Shown one piece after another: positions 28,238-36,807 of a stretch of 64,000 bases of DNA. The stretch comes from Planctomycetota bacterium (GTDB lineage: Bacteria > Planctomycetota > B15-G4 > SIAN01), in contig JANNXA010000016.1 of the NCBI GenBank assembly GCA_031409275.1, positions 96,001 to 160,000 of the forward strand. The letters run 5' to 3'. The position numbers were made by a program, and so were the translations under genes. How positions within the stretch are numbered: the stretch's first letter is position 1; each line of letters starts with the position of its first letter. The notes under the pieces were generated by a model. That model was not told the DNA's origin, did not search any database, and saw only the letters and a program-made list of their open reading frames with translations.

Positions 28238-29799
28238 GCGGTGAAGCGGACGGGCGAGAGCACGCCGCGACCGACGTGCTGCCCTTCGGAATCGGCCGCC
28301 TCTCGAAGCGCACCGTCGTCGCGGCGCTGCTGCTGCTCTGCGGCCTGGCATTCGGACTGATTGCCTACGCGCAGCAGCTGCTGCACGGCGACATCGTCAG
28401 CGGCCTGCGCACGATCGGCGGAGGCGGCGCGACCTGGGGCCTCTACATCGTCCTCGACGTCACCTTCGTCGGCTTCAGCTTCGCCGCGATGCTGGTGGTG
28501 GTGATCGAGCGACTCTTCCACGTGCGCGCGCTGCAGCCGGTGACGCGCCTCGCCGAGTGGATCGCGCTGCTGTCGCTGGTGATGGGCGGGATGTGTGTGC
28601 TCGCCGACCTCGGTCGCCCGCTGCAGGGCCTGTTGAACCTGCCGCGCTACGCGCGCATCACCTCTCCCTTCTTCGGGACCTTCGCGCTGGTGATCGGGGG
28701 CTACCTCTTCGCGACCCTCGTGCAGCTCTTCCTGTCGGGTCGCGCCGATGCCGCATGGTGCCTCGAGCGCAAGCCGCCGCTCCCGTTGCTCCACCGGGTC
28801 TGGGCCGCCGGCTTCCGCGGCAGCGCCGGCGAGCGTTGGCGCCACGCACGCGTCAGCGGCTGGATCGCGGTTGCGATCCTGCCGTTGCTGGTCATCGCTC
28901 ACTCGACCCTCGGATTCATCTTCGGCATCCAGGCCGGGCGACCGGGTTGGTTCAGCGCGCTCGCAGCGCCGGGCTTCCTGCTCCTCGCCGGAGTCTCCGG
29001 TGTCGGGTTGCTGCTGCTGGTGGCGGCGGGCGCGCGGCGGTGGCTCGGCCTGCACGAGGCGCTTGGCGAGGCGACGTTCCGCTGGCTCTCGAACCTCCTG
29101 CTGGTGCTCACGGCGGCGTTCCTCTACCTGCTCGCGGTCGAGGAGCTGACCGCGTGGTACGCCGCCTCGACGCAGGACTTCGAGCTGGCTCGCGAGCGCA
29201 TCGCCGGCGCGTTCGCGCTCCCCTTCTGGACGATGGTCGGCTGCTTCGTGGTCGCCGTCGGCGCGCTGCTGGTCGAGTGGACGCGGCGGCGCGTCTCGAT
29301 GCCGCTGATCGTCGCCGTCGCGCTCCTCGTGAACGTCGGCGCGTTCTGCAAGCGCTGGCTGATCGTGGTCCCATCGCAGACGCACGGAATGCTGCTCCCC
29401 TACGGTCACGGAAGCTACGTGCCGACCTGGGTCGAGTGGGGCGTGACGCTTGGGGTGCTTTGCGTCGGTGCGCTGTTGCTGCTGGTGGTAGCGAAGCTCT
29501 TCCCGCTGGTGCCCGTCGATCGGACGCCGGCACCCGCGACCCGACCACCCGACGCACTCGAAGGCGGACGCGGCGTCGCGCGCGTCGTGATCGCGCTGTC
29601 GACGTTCGCCGCCGGCTCGCTGCTGCTGGTGGCCGGCTTCCTCTGGAGCGCGCGCTACGGCAGCGACCACTACGTCGATCCGCCGGTGCCGTTCAGCCCG
29701 GTGATCTTCATCGCGGGCGTGGTGATGACCTTCTATGCCGCCGCCGTCTTCGAGACGATTCCGTTCACGCGATCGGTGACGCGCGCCACCAAGGAGTAG
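28234..29799 (+). CDS. NrfD/PsrC-family membrane anchor (QrcD/ActC-like)
   Basis: WGLYI, ADLGRP, AHSTLGFIFG, RPGW, KRWLIVVP, YVPTWVEW; many transmembrane segments; ATGA overlap. Confidence 0.92.
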   Translation: MSGEADGREHAATDVLPFGIGRLSKRTVVAALLLLCGLAFGLIAYAQQLLHGDIVSGLRTIGGGGATWGLYIVLDVTFVGFSFAAMLVVVIERLFHVRALQPVTRLAEWIALLSLVMGGMCVLADLGRPLQGLLNLPRYARITSPFFGTFALVIGGYLFATLVQLFLSGRADAAWCLERKPPLPLLHRVWAAGFRGSAGERWRHARVSGWIAVAILPLLVIAHSTLGFIFGIQAGRPGWFSALAAPGFLLLAGVSGVGLLLLVAAGARRWLGLHEALGEATFRWLSNLLLVLTAAFLYLLAVEELTAWYAASTQDFELARERIAGAFALPFWTMVGCFVVAVGALLVEWTRRRVSMPLIVAVALLVNVGAFCKRWLIVVPSQTHGMLLPYGHGSYVPTWVEWGVTLGVLCVGALLLLVVAKLFPLVPVDRTPAPATRPPDALEGGRGVARVVIALSTFAAGSLLLVAGFLWSARYGSDHYVDPPVPFSPVIFIAGVVMTFYAAAVFETIPFTRSVTRATKE

Positions 29800-29928
29800 C
29801 CCACGCCACGCGGGCGGCACTCGTCCTCCCTTGGCGGCCACTCCACCCACGCCATGGTCTTGCAAGTCCGCGTTCTCTCTCTACGGTGCGGAGCCTGGAA
29901 CAATCCCCCCCCCACCTTGGAGTTCGAC

Positions 29929-30924
29929 ATGCGGAGTTGGATATCGATCTCGATCCTCGCGGCGCTCATGCCCGCTCCGGCTTTCGCCGGCGACTGCGAC
30001 GGCGCGGACGGCTGGCACAACGCGGCTCCGACCGAAGCCGCCATCGGCTCGACGGTCGACGTCTGCCTGCACGGTCCGGCCAATGAGATGGGACTGCTCC
30101 TGGTCTCGGGCACTCAGGGATCGCTGCCGAGCAAGTACGGCACGATCTGCGTCGGCTTCCCGACGATCACCGATGTCCTGTTCACGCTCGACGTGAACGG
30201 CACCTTCTGCTTCCAGGCCGAGATCGACTGCGATCCGACGCTCGTCGGGATCACGGTCTACTCGCAATTCATCACCTGCCGGCCGAACATCGGCATCTCG
30301 AACCTCGTCGCGACGACGATCACCGACGCGCTCTGCGACGGCGATCTCTGCACCTTCACGCAGGGTGGTTGGGGAACTTCGTGCAGCGGCGGCAACCCCG
30401 GCTGCCGTCGCGATCAGTGGTTCGACACCGTCTATCCCAACGGGCTGACGCTCGGTGACAGCGACGGCATCGATGGCGATTCGGTCTACGCGCTCCACTT
30501 CGATAGCTCGAGCGCGGTCGAGGCGTTCCTTCCGGCCGGCAAGTCGGCGGGAGTGCTCACGGCGGACGCCCACAATCCGACCAAGAGCGCGGCGGGCGTC
30601 TTCGCTGGCCAGCTGCTTTCGGCCAAGCTCAACGTCGGTTTCGATGACGCCGGCGCGCTCGACGATTGCAAGGGTCGCACCGACCTCCTCGTCGGCGACC
30701 TCGTCTTCCAGTCCGGCGTCGATGGCGACCTGATCGGCTGGACGGTCCGCGAAGTTCTCGACCTCGCCGATCAGGCGATCAGCGGCGCGCTCGGAACCGA
30801 CCTCGACCTCGACGGCGACGGCCACGCCGAGCTGACGATCAGCGACCTCAGCGACGCGCTCGACGTGCTGAACAACAACTTCGACAACGGCACGTCGAAC
30901 CTCGGGCACCTCGGCATCGGCTGA
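29929..30924 (+). CDS. Secreted acidic, Cys-containing protein of unknown function
   Basis: Signal peptide ending PAFAG; TFTQGGWG...GGNPG motif; DxDxDG loops; SD GGAG. Confidence 0.75.
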   Translation: MRSWISISILAALMPAPAFAGDCDGADGWHNAAPTEAAIGSTVDVCLHGPANEMGLLLVSGTQGSLPSKYGTICVGFPTITDVLFTLDVNGTFCFQAEIDCDPTLVGITVYSQFITCRPNIGISNLVATTITDALCDGDLCTFTQGGWGTSCSGGNPGCRRDQWFDTVYPNGLTLGDSDGIDGDSVYALHFDSSSAVEAFLPAGKSAGVLTADAHNPTKSAAGVFAGQLLSAKLNVGFDDAGALDDCKGRTDLLVGDLVFQSGVDGDLIGWTVREVLDLADQAISGALGTDLDLDGDGHAELTISDLSDALDVLNNNFDNGTSNLGHLGIG

Positions 30925-30943
30925 GCTTCCACCACGGCATCTG

Positions 30944-30989
30944 GCGGGCCCGGCACGGCGAGGAGCCGCGCCGGGCCCGCGTCGTTTCT
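30944..30989 (+). terminator. Probable intrinsic terminator
   Basis: GCGGGCCCGGC...GCCGGGCCCGC stem followed by gtcgtttct, 20 nt after the stop codon. Confidence 0.55.
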
Positions 30990-31049
30990 GCCGCGGAGGG
31001 GCCGCCTGAGGAGGCGGCTGCCGAGAGGAATCCCCCAGGTTCCGGGAAG

Positions 31050-31078
31050 TAAAGCCGCGGCCGCGCGCCTGCCGATTA
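31050..31078 (+). promoter_or_regulatory. Sigma28 (FliA/WhiG)-like promoter
   Basis: TAAAG-N16-GCCGATTA upstream of the pilin-like cluster; spacer slightly longer than the E. coli consensus. Confidence 0.4.
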
Positions 31079-31120
31079 GTCGACTCGCTCCCGTTTCGAA
31101 CCGGGTCGAGGACGCGCTCC

Positions 31121-31819
31121 ATGACACCACTGATCGCAAGCCGTCGATCACTCTTGCCGCACCGCCGCCAGTGCGACGGCTTGGGCCTGATCGATTGCCT
31201 CGTGTCTCTCGTCGTGATCTCGCTGTCGAGCTTCGGGTTCCTCGCCGCCTCGATGTCGTCCACCGCGCTCGACGTCGAGACGCGCACGATCGCGGCCGCG
31301 AACCGGATCACGCGCGGGGTGCTGGAAGAGATGCAGTCGATCCCGATGGACGAGCTCATCCGGCGCTTCAACGCCGACCCGGCCGACGATCCCGACGGGC
31401 CCGGCACCGCGCGCGGCGACACGTTCGAGCTGCAAACGACGGAAACGAAACGCGACCCGCTAGTCGTCGTCGAGGACCTCTACGACCCGAATTGCACTTA
31501 CGACCCGAACGCGAGTTGCAACACGACGACGTCGGATCGCACCAAGGTGTCGATCGGATCGATCCCGCCGAAGATGGATTGCCGCGTCGATCTGCCGACG
31601 ACGATCAGCGGCGGCATCGAGAAGCTGCGCGAGGACACTGTCGCGCCAGAGCTCGGGCTGCCCGCCGACTTGAACGGCGACGGCCAGATCGACTCCGTCG
31701 ACCACTTCGCCGACTTCAAGATCCTCCCGGTGCGCATCCGCATCCAGTGGCCTGGCTCTGACGGCAGCCTCCGGAGCGTCGACCTCACCGCGGTGCTCGG
31801 CGGCAGGGGCAAGTCGTGA
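31121..31819 (+). CDS. Type IV minor pilin / pseudopilin-like protein (PilV-like)
   Basis: Basic leader then G-LGLIDCLVSLVVISL hydrophobic helix; DLNGDGQID loop. Confidence 0.7.
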   Translation: MTPLIASRRSLLPHRRQCDGLGLIDCLVSLVVISLSSFGFLAASMSSTALDVETRTIAAANRITRGVLEEMQSIPMDELIRRFNADPADDPDGPGTARGDTFELQTTETKRDPLVVVEDLYDPNCTYDPNASCNTTTSDRTKVSIGSIPPKMDCRVDLPTTISGGIEKLREDTVAPELGLPADLNGDGQIDSVDHFADFKILPVRIRIQWPGSDGSLRSVDLTAVLGGRGKS

Positions 31820-32475
31820 TGCGCCGCAAACCCCGCACGAGGTCGCGCGCCGAGGCGGGCGTCTCGATGATCGACGTGCTCATGGGCGCCGCCGTCATGG
31901 CGACCGTGCTGGGCGGCGTCACGACGTTCCTGAGCTCGGCGATCGCCGGCAGTCGCACGACGACCGAGCGGGCGATCCTGGCGCGGCGCGCTTGCGAAAC
32001 GGTGCGGCGCATCGCCGACGAGATCAGCATGGCGGACGCCTCCTCGCTCTCGACGGCGGCCGAGCCCCTCGGCGCGAACTTCCTCGACTTCCGTTTGCCG
32101 CAGGTGATCGCCGCGGCCGGCGTGACCTGGGCGAACACGACGCGCATCGAACTCCAGGCCGACCCGAGGGACGTTGCGGACGGCACCGACAACGACGGCG
32201 ACGGCGTGATCGACGAGGGGATCGTCGTGCTGCGCCGCAACGTCGGCCTCGTCAACGAGCAAGCCACGACCCTGGCGACCGGTGTCGCACCGCTTCTCGA
32301 GGGCGAGACGGACAACGACGCCGACGACAACAACAACGATCTCGAGGACGAAGCCGGCCTGAGCTTCGAGACGGACGAGGACGGCATGGTGACCCTCCGG
32401 CTCACCCTCTTCGCTGCGACCCGGACGGGCGTGCTGGTCTGCACGGCGGCCGCGGACGTCGTCCCCCGCAACTAG
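31816..32475 (+). CDS. Type IV minor pilin / pseudopilin-like protein (PilW-like)
   Basis: Basic leader then G-VSMIDVLMGAAVM; RRIADEI; DGTDNDGDGVIDEG. Confidence 0.7.
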   Translation: MMRRKPRTRSRAEAGVSMIDVLMGAAVMATVLGGVTTFLSSAIAGSRTTTERAILARRACETVRRIADEISMADASSLSTAAEPLGANFLDFRLPQVIAAAGVTWANTTRIELQADPRDVADGTDNDGDGVIDEGIVVLRRNVGLVNEQATTLATGVAPLLEGETDNDADDNNNDLEDEAGLSFETDEDGMVTLRLTLFAATRTGVLVCTAAADVVPRN

Positions 32476-32489
32476 GAGTGCGCCGAATC

Positions 32490-33932
32490 ATGAAGCCCAC
32501 CATCAATCGAGCGGTCGCAGCGCTCCGGAATCCACGGCGTGGACGACGCGAGGGCGGCAGCGTGCTGCTGGCCGCGATCGCGATCGCGTTCATCCTCGCC
32601 GGACTCGCCGCCTCGACGCTGCGCATCGTCTACTCGGTGCAGAACGAGACGCAGCAGGAGCGCGACGACCTCGTGAGGCGCTACCTCGCCGAGTCTGCGG
32701 CCGGCTTCGCCGAGCTCGACCTCGTGGCGGAAGGGAGCGGAAGCCTCGGCAGCGAGCAGGCACCGATCACGTTGAACGGAGGGGCGTACTGGACCGTCGC
32801 GACCAGGAACGCGGACACGACGGTGCGGGTCGACTGCTTCGGCGCGTACCACGGCGGCACGCGCGCGATCTCCGCGACGTTCCTCGATGCGCCTGATCTC
32901 TTCGACAACGCGGTGTTCGCCGGCAACTCGTCGGGCGATCCGAACTACTCGCTCAACTTCGGCGGCACCGGAGCTGACGCGGACGCGGTGTCGGGCGACA
33001 TCTACAGCGGCGGCGACATCGCTTTCAACGGCACCTCGACGATCACGGGAACGCCGCGCGCCAAAGGCGACATCACGGGAGCCGCGGGCAAGGAGGGGCA
33101 GACGCAGCCCCTGCCCGACCTCGCCGCGATGGACTACGCGAACACGGCCGACGTCGACGTCGTCGCCGACTTCACCCGCGCGACGCGCGCCTTCTACAGC
33201 GCCGGTGGATTCGCGTGGCAGCTGCCCGCGTCCGAGAAGGCGCACGTCTTTCGCAAGAACCCGAATGATCGAGCGGCCGAAATCGCTTCGACCACGAAGG
33301 ACGACTTCTTTCTCGAGGATCCCTACGAGCGCTGCCGTTCGGACTCGCGTTCCGACGGCTCCGACCCCTACGTGATCACGCTCAACGGCGACACGGGGAG
33401 GGCGGGTGGCGACGGCAACGGGCTGGTCTACTACATCGACGGCAACCTCTGGATCCACAACAAGAACACGATGTCGCTGCAGATCGAGGGACTCGGCTCG
33501 CTCGGCATCACCATCGTCGTGCGCGGCAACATCTACATCTCCGACAACATCTTCTACGAGGACAAGGACCGGGACGGCCTCGCCTTGATCGCGATGGCGG
33601 ATCCGAGCGTGAATGACAGCGGGAACATCTACTTCGGCGATCCGGTGTTCGGCACGCTCGAACACATGAGCGCCTACATGTACGCCGAAAACAACTTCTT
33701 CGACACCAACTTGAGCGCCTCCGGCTCCGCCCGAGTCTCCGTCGACGGAATGATGAGCGCCGGCAACCAGGTGGCGATCAACCGCGACTTCAGGGGACGC
33801 CACTCGCGCCTCACCGTGAACTACGACTCGCGCGTCCGCGATGGCCGCCTGAGGCTGCCGGGCCTGCCGTCCAGCTCGTCCGGCGGCGAGGTCACGTTCC
33901 TCGGCTGGCAGCACATGGCCGCGGGGCAGTGA
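32490..33932 (+). CDS. PilX-like protein with a large beta-rich C-terminal domain
   Basis: RREGGSVLLAAIAIAFILAGLA N-terminus; YLAESAA; YYIDGNLWI and IVVRGNIYI repeats; SD AGGAG. Confidence 0.75.
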   Translation: MKPTINRAVAALRNPRRGRREGGSVLLAAIAIAFILAGLAASTLRIVYSVQNETQQERDDLVRRYLAESAAGFAELDLVAEGSGSLGSEQAPITLNGGAYWTVATRNADTTVRVDCFGAYHGGTRAISATFLDAPDLFDNAVFAGNSSGDPNYSLNFGGTGADADAVSGDIYSGGDIAFNGTSTITGTPRAKGDITGAAGKEGQTQPLPDLAAMDYANTADVDVVADFTRATRAFYSAGGFAWQLPASEKAHVFRKNPNDRAAEIASTTKDDFFLEDPYERCRSDSRSDGSDPYVITLNGDTGRAGGDGNGLVYYIDGNLWIHNKNTMSLQIEGLGSLGITIVVRGNIYISDNIFYEDKDRDGLALIAMADPSVNDSGNIYFGDPVFGTLEHMSAYMYAENNFFDTNLSASGSARVSVDGMMSAGNQVAINRDFRGRHSRLTVNYDSRVRDGRLRLPGLPSSSSGGEVTFLGWQHMAAGQ

Positions 33933-33936
33933 CGCC

Positions 33937-35208
33937 ATGAGCCGAATGACCTCATTCGCAATCGCGTTGCTCCTTGCCGTGGCGGCACCGCCGCTGCTCG
34001 CGGACGACGACTGGGCCGCGATCGTGGCGGCCAGCAAGCGGGTCGCGGCGATCGTTCGCAACGACGCAGGACTCAATGAGAGCGCGCAGGTCGCGGCTCT
34101 CGTCGCGCTCGGCGATTCGACGATCCCCGCGCTCTTCGCGCTCCACCTCGGCATGCCGTTGCCGTCAGCCGCCGAGGGCGGCGACCCATCGGTGGCCGCG
34201 GACGAAGCCCCCACCGCGCTGGCGCTGGCGGCGCTGCGCGCGCTTCCGTCCGAGGCGGTCGACGACTTCCTGGTGACCGTCGCGGCTGGAGCGACCGACC
34301 CGCGCCGCGCGATCGACGTCGTGCGCGTCGCCGGCGAGCTCGCGCGCAAATCGTCGTTCGGCGTCCTGCTGCGGGTGACGGCGGCGATGGACGAGCTGCT
34401 GCAGGGGCATCCGGTCGTCAACGGCACCTTGCGCACCGCGCTGCAGTCGATCGTGGCGCACGCCTGCCCACCCCCCGCCGAGCTGCGAACCCTCGTCGCG
34501 TCGCTGCCACCCGCGTTCACCGAGACTGCGCTTGACGCCGTCGGAACGAAGCTGGCGGATGAACGCGCGACACTCTGCTGCGACCTCTTCGGCAAGCGCC
34601 AGGAACTCGATCGCACGGTGCTCGTCGAGCTCGACCGCCGGCCGCCTACCAACACCGCCGACGCGGATCGCGTCGCGCGGCTCCTGTGCTCGAATACCAA
34701 TGTCGAAGCGGTCGAGACCCGTCGCCTCGTCGCTCACGCGCTGCGGCGCTACCCGGCGCTCGAAAGCGCGGAAGCGCTGATCGACCTGCTGGCCGATGTC
34801 GACCCGCGCGTGCGCGCGGTGGCCCTCCAGTCGCTCGGTGAAGTCGCTGGAGTGACGCTGCCAGCGGACGCGACGTCATGGCGTGACTGGCGCAACGTCG
34901 AGCGCCGCTGGCGCGCCGAAGAACTCCCCGAGATCAAGCGACGACTCGAGAGCGCCGACGTCCAGGAAGCGCTGCGTTGGGTGGCGACGCTGTCGTTGAA
35001 ACGCGTCCATGCGGCGGAGGTCGCTGCAGTGGTCGGGCCGTTCCTGGAACACGAGCGGGCAGAGCTCCGCCGCGCCGCGTGCGAAGCGCTCGGCCGGCTG
35101 GCGACGCCTGCATGCACGGAGTGGCTGCGTCGGGCGCTGGTCGATCGCGACGCAGCGGTACGGGCCATCGCACAGAGAAGCCTGGCAAAGATGGGAGAGC
35201 GGTCATGA
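33937..35208 (+). CDS. Secreted HEAT-repeat protein
   Basis: Signal peptide; LIDLLADVDPRVRAVALQSLG, LRRAACEALGRL, DRDAAVRAIAQRSL. Confidence 0.8.
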   Translation: MSRMTSFAIALLLAVAAPPLLADDDWAAIVAASKRVAAIVRNDAGLNESAQVAALVALGDSTIPALFALHLGMPLPSAAEGGDPSVAADEAPTALALAALRALPSEAVDDFLVTVAAGATDPRRAIDVVRVAGELARKSSFGVLLRVTAAMDELLQGHPVVNGTLRTALQSIVAHACPPPAELRTLVASLPPAFTETALDAVGTKLADERATLCCDLFGKRQELDRTVLVELDRRPPTNTADADRVARLLCSNTNVEAVETRRLVAHALRRYPALESAEALIDLLADVDPRVRAVALQSLGEVAGVTLPADATSWRDWRNVERRWRAEELPEIKRRLESADVQEALRWVATLSLKRVHAAEVAAVVGPFLEHERAELRRAACEALGRLATPACTEWLRRALVDRDAAVRAIAQRSLAKMGERS

Positions 35209-35831
35209 GTGCTTCGACGGAACGACGTCACGGATTCGTCACCAAGCTGCTGTCGGGAGAGCGTCTCGAGTGGAGCCTCATCGGCCGACTCGCGGTCGTG
35301 CTTGCCGCCGCGTTCGTGACCTTCGCGACACTCTCGCTGACGATGCCGGCCGCGATCGGCTACTTCACCGGCACGCCGCAGCACGGCATCGCCGAAGTGC
35401 TGAAGCGCGGCGACCTGCTGCTCAACGCCGTGGTGCTGCCGTTGGCGGCGACGTTCTTGTGCCTGTTCGGTTTCTGCATCCGTGAGGCGCTTCGCGTCGC
35501 CGGGCCGGCGTACCGCTTGAACGACGTCGCGTGCCGGCTTCAGGAGCTCTCGGTGCCGCGCGGGGTTCGCGTCCGCAAGGACGACCATCTGCAGTTCGCG
35601 GTGAAGCAGCTGAGCGTCGGACTCGAGCGGATCCACGAGGAGCTGGCGGCGCTGCAGACGATTGCGCGACGCGCTGACGTCAACGATCCCGCTCGCGCAC
35701 AGGCGGCGTTGACGCAACTCAAGATGCGCCTCGAGAGCTTCACGCTCGTGACGGCGGCTCCGGAGTGCGCAGTGATCACGGACACGACGGTCGCCGTCGC
35801 CGATGCGGTGCGAGAGCCGGTGGTTCAGTAG
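35205..35831 (+). CDS. Two-TM membrane protein with a HAMP-like segment
   Basis: Two hydrophobic helices followed by RVAGPAYRL...VRVRKDDHLQ; ATGA overlap. Confidence 0.7.
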   Translation: MSASTERRHGFVTKLLSGERLEWSLIGRLAVVLAAAFVTFATLSLTMPAAIGYFTGTPQHGIAEVLKRGDLLLNAVVLPLAATFLCLFGFCIREALRVAGPAYRLNDVACRLQELSVPRGVRVRKDDHLQFAVKQLSVGLERIHEELAALQTIARRADVNDPARAQAALTQLKMRLESFTLVTAAPECAVITDTTVAVADAVREPVVQ

Positions 35832-35865
35832 CGACACCACGCGGCGGGGTCGACCGCCGGCGCGA

Positions 35866-36807
35866 TCAGCGCGGTTCCTGCTGTGAGCGCACGGCGCAGC
35901 GCACGCCGTCCGACGTGACGGTCACCGATCCGTGTTCGGCCGTGACGTAGACCTCCGCGCCGACGGCCCCGAAGACCCGCTTCGCCAGATCGCCCGGCGA
36001 GCGCGGCTTCTTGTTCGTGTAGTTCGCCAGGCACGAGACGACGACCGTGCGCGGGTGGACCGCATCGACGAAGCGCGCCTCGTCGAAGAATCCGTGGTGC
36101 GGCGCGACCAGAACCGTCGAACGCAACGTCTCGGCTGGGACTGTCGCGAGCAGGCTCTCGCTGCCTTCGTGCTCGAGGTCACCGGGCAGGAGGAAGACGT
36201 TGTCGCCGTGCTGGATTCGCAGCACGACGGAGTTGTCGTTCAACCGGTCGTCGTCACTCGACCGCACGCCCCCGATCGGAGGCGCCAGAACCGTGACCTC
36301 GAGCGCAGGATCCCACGGCAACGTGTCGCCCGCGTGCACGACGCGGTAGCCCTTCGCACGCTTCTGCGCGCGCTTGCGCAGGTCGAGGTACTCGGTGTCG
36401 ACCAGCGCCCCCTCGGCCCCCGCGTCGACGAACGTCGCCACCTCGAAGTGCTTCAACAGATACGCCGCGCCCTCGAAGTGATCGTGATGGGGATGGCTGA
36501 TCACGATGCCATCGATCGCATCGACGCCACGCGCGCGCAGGAACGGCGCGAGCGTGTCCTTGCCGGTGTCGCTGTCGCCCAACTTGTCGCCGGTGTCGAC
36601 GAAGTAGAGGGCGCCGGACGGGGTCTCGACGGCGATGGCGAGTCCGTGCCGGCTCAACCCGAAGACCGTGATCTGCAACGTGCCGGGCATGCGAGCGGCA
36701 GGCGGCGCGGTCTCGCCCGGCGATCGCGTGCACGCCAACGAAGCCGCGATCGCGATGCAACCGAGGATCGCGGCCTGCCAGCCTCGTCGCCGAATGGGGC
36801 GCCTCAT
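35866..36807 (-). CDS. Lipoprotein metallo-beta-lactamase-fold hydrolase (ComEC C-terminal domain-like)
   Basis: Lipobox SLAC; FVDTG, ISHPHHDHFEG, NDNSVVLRI, PGDLE, APHHG; no ComEC membrane domain; ATGA overlap with tolC-like gene. Confidence 0.85.
   Translation of the reverse strand: MRRPIRRRGWQAAILGCIAIAASLACTRSPGETAPPAARMPGTLQITVFGLSRHGLAIAVETPSGALYFVDTGDKLGDSDTGKDTLAPFLRARGVDAIDGIVISHPHHDHFEGAAYLLKHFEVATFVDAGAEGALVDTEYLDLRKRAQKRAKGYRVVHAGDTLPWDPALEVTVLAPPIGGVRSSDDDRLNDNSVVLRIQHGDNVFLLPGDLEHEGSESLLATVPAETLRSTVLVAPHHGFFDEARFVDAVHPRTVVVSCLANYTNKKPRSPGDLAKRVFGAVGAEVYVTAEHGSVTVTSDGVRCAVRSQQEPR

Noticed and set aside
29850..29865. Possible sigma54 promoter ending in TTGCA
   Set aside because: The required GG at -24 is absent.
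35866..36807. Calling the MBL gene comEC and linking it with the pilins as a competence locus
   Set aside because: It lacks the ComEC membrane channel domain, is a lipoprotein, and is coupled to the tolC-like gene on the strand opposite the pilin cluster.
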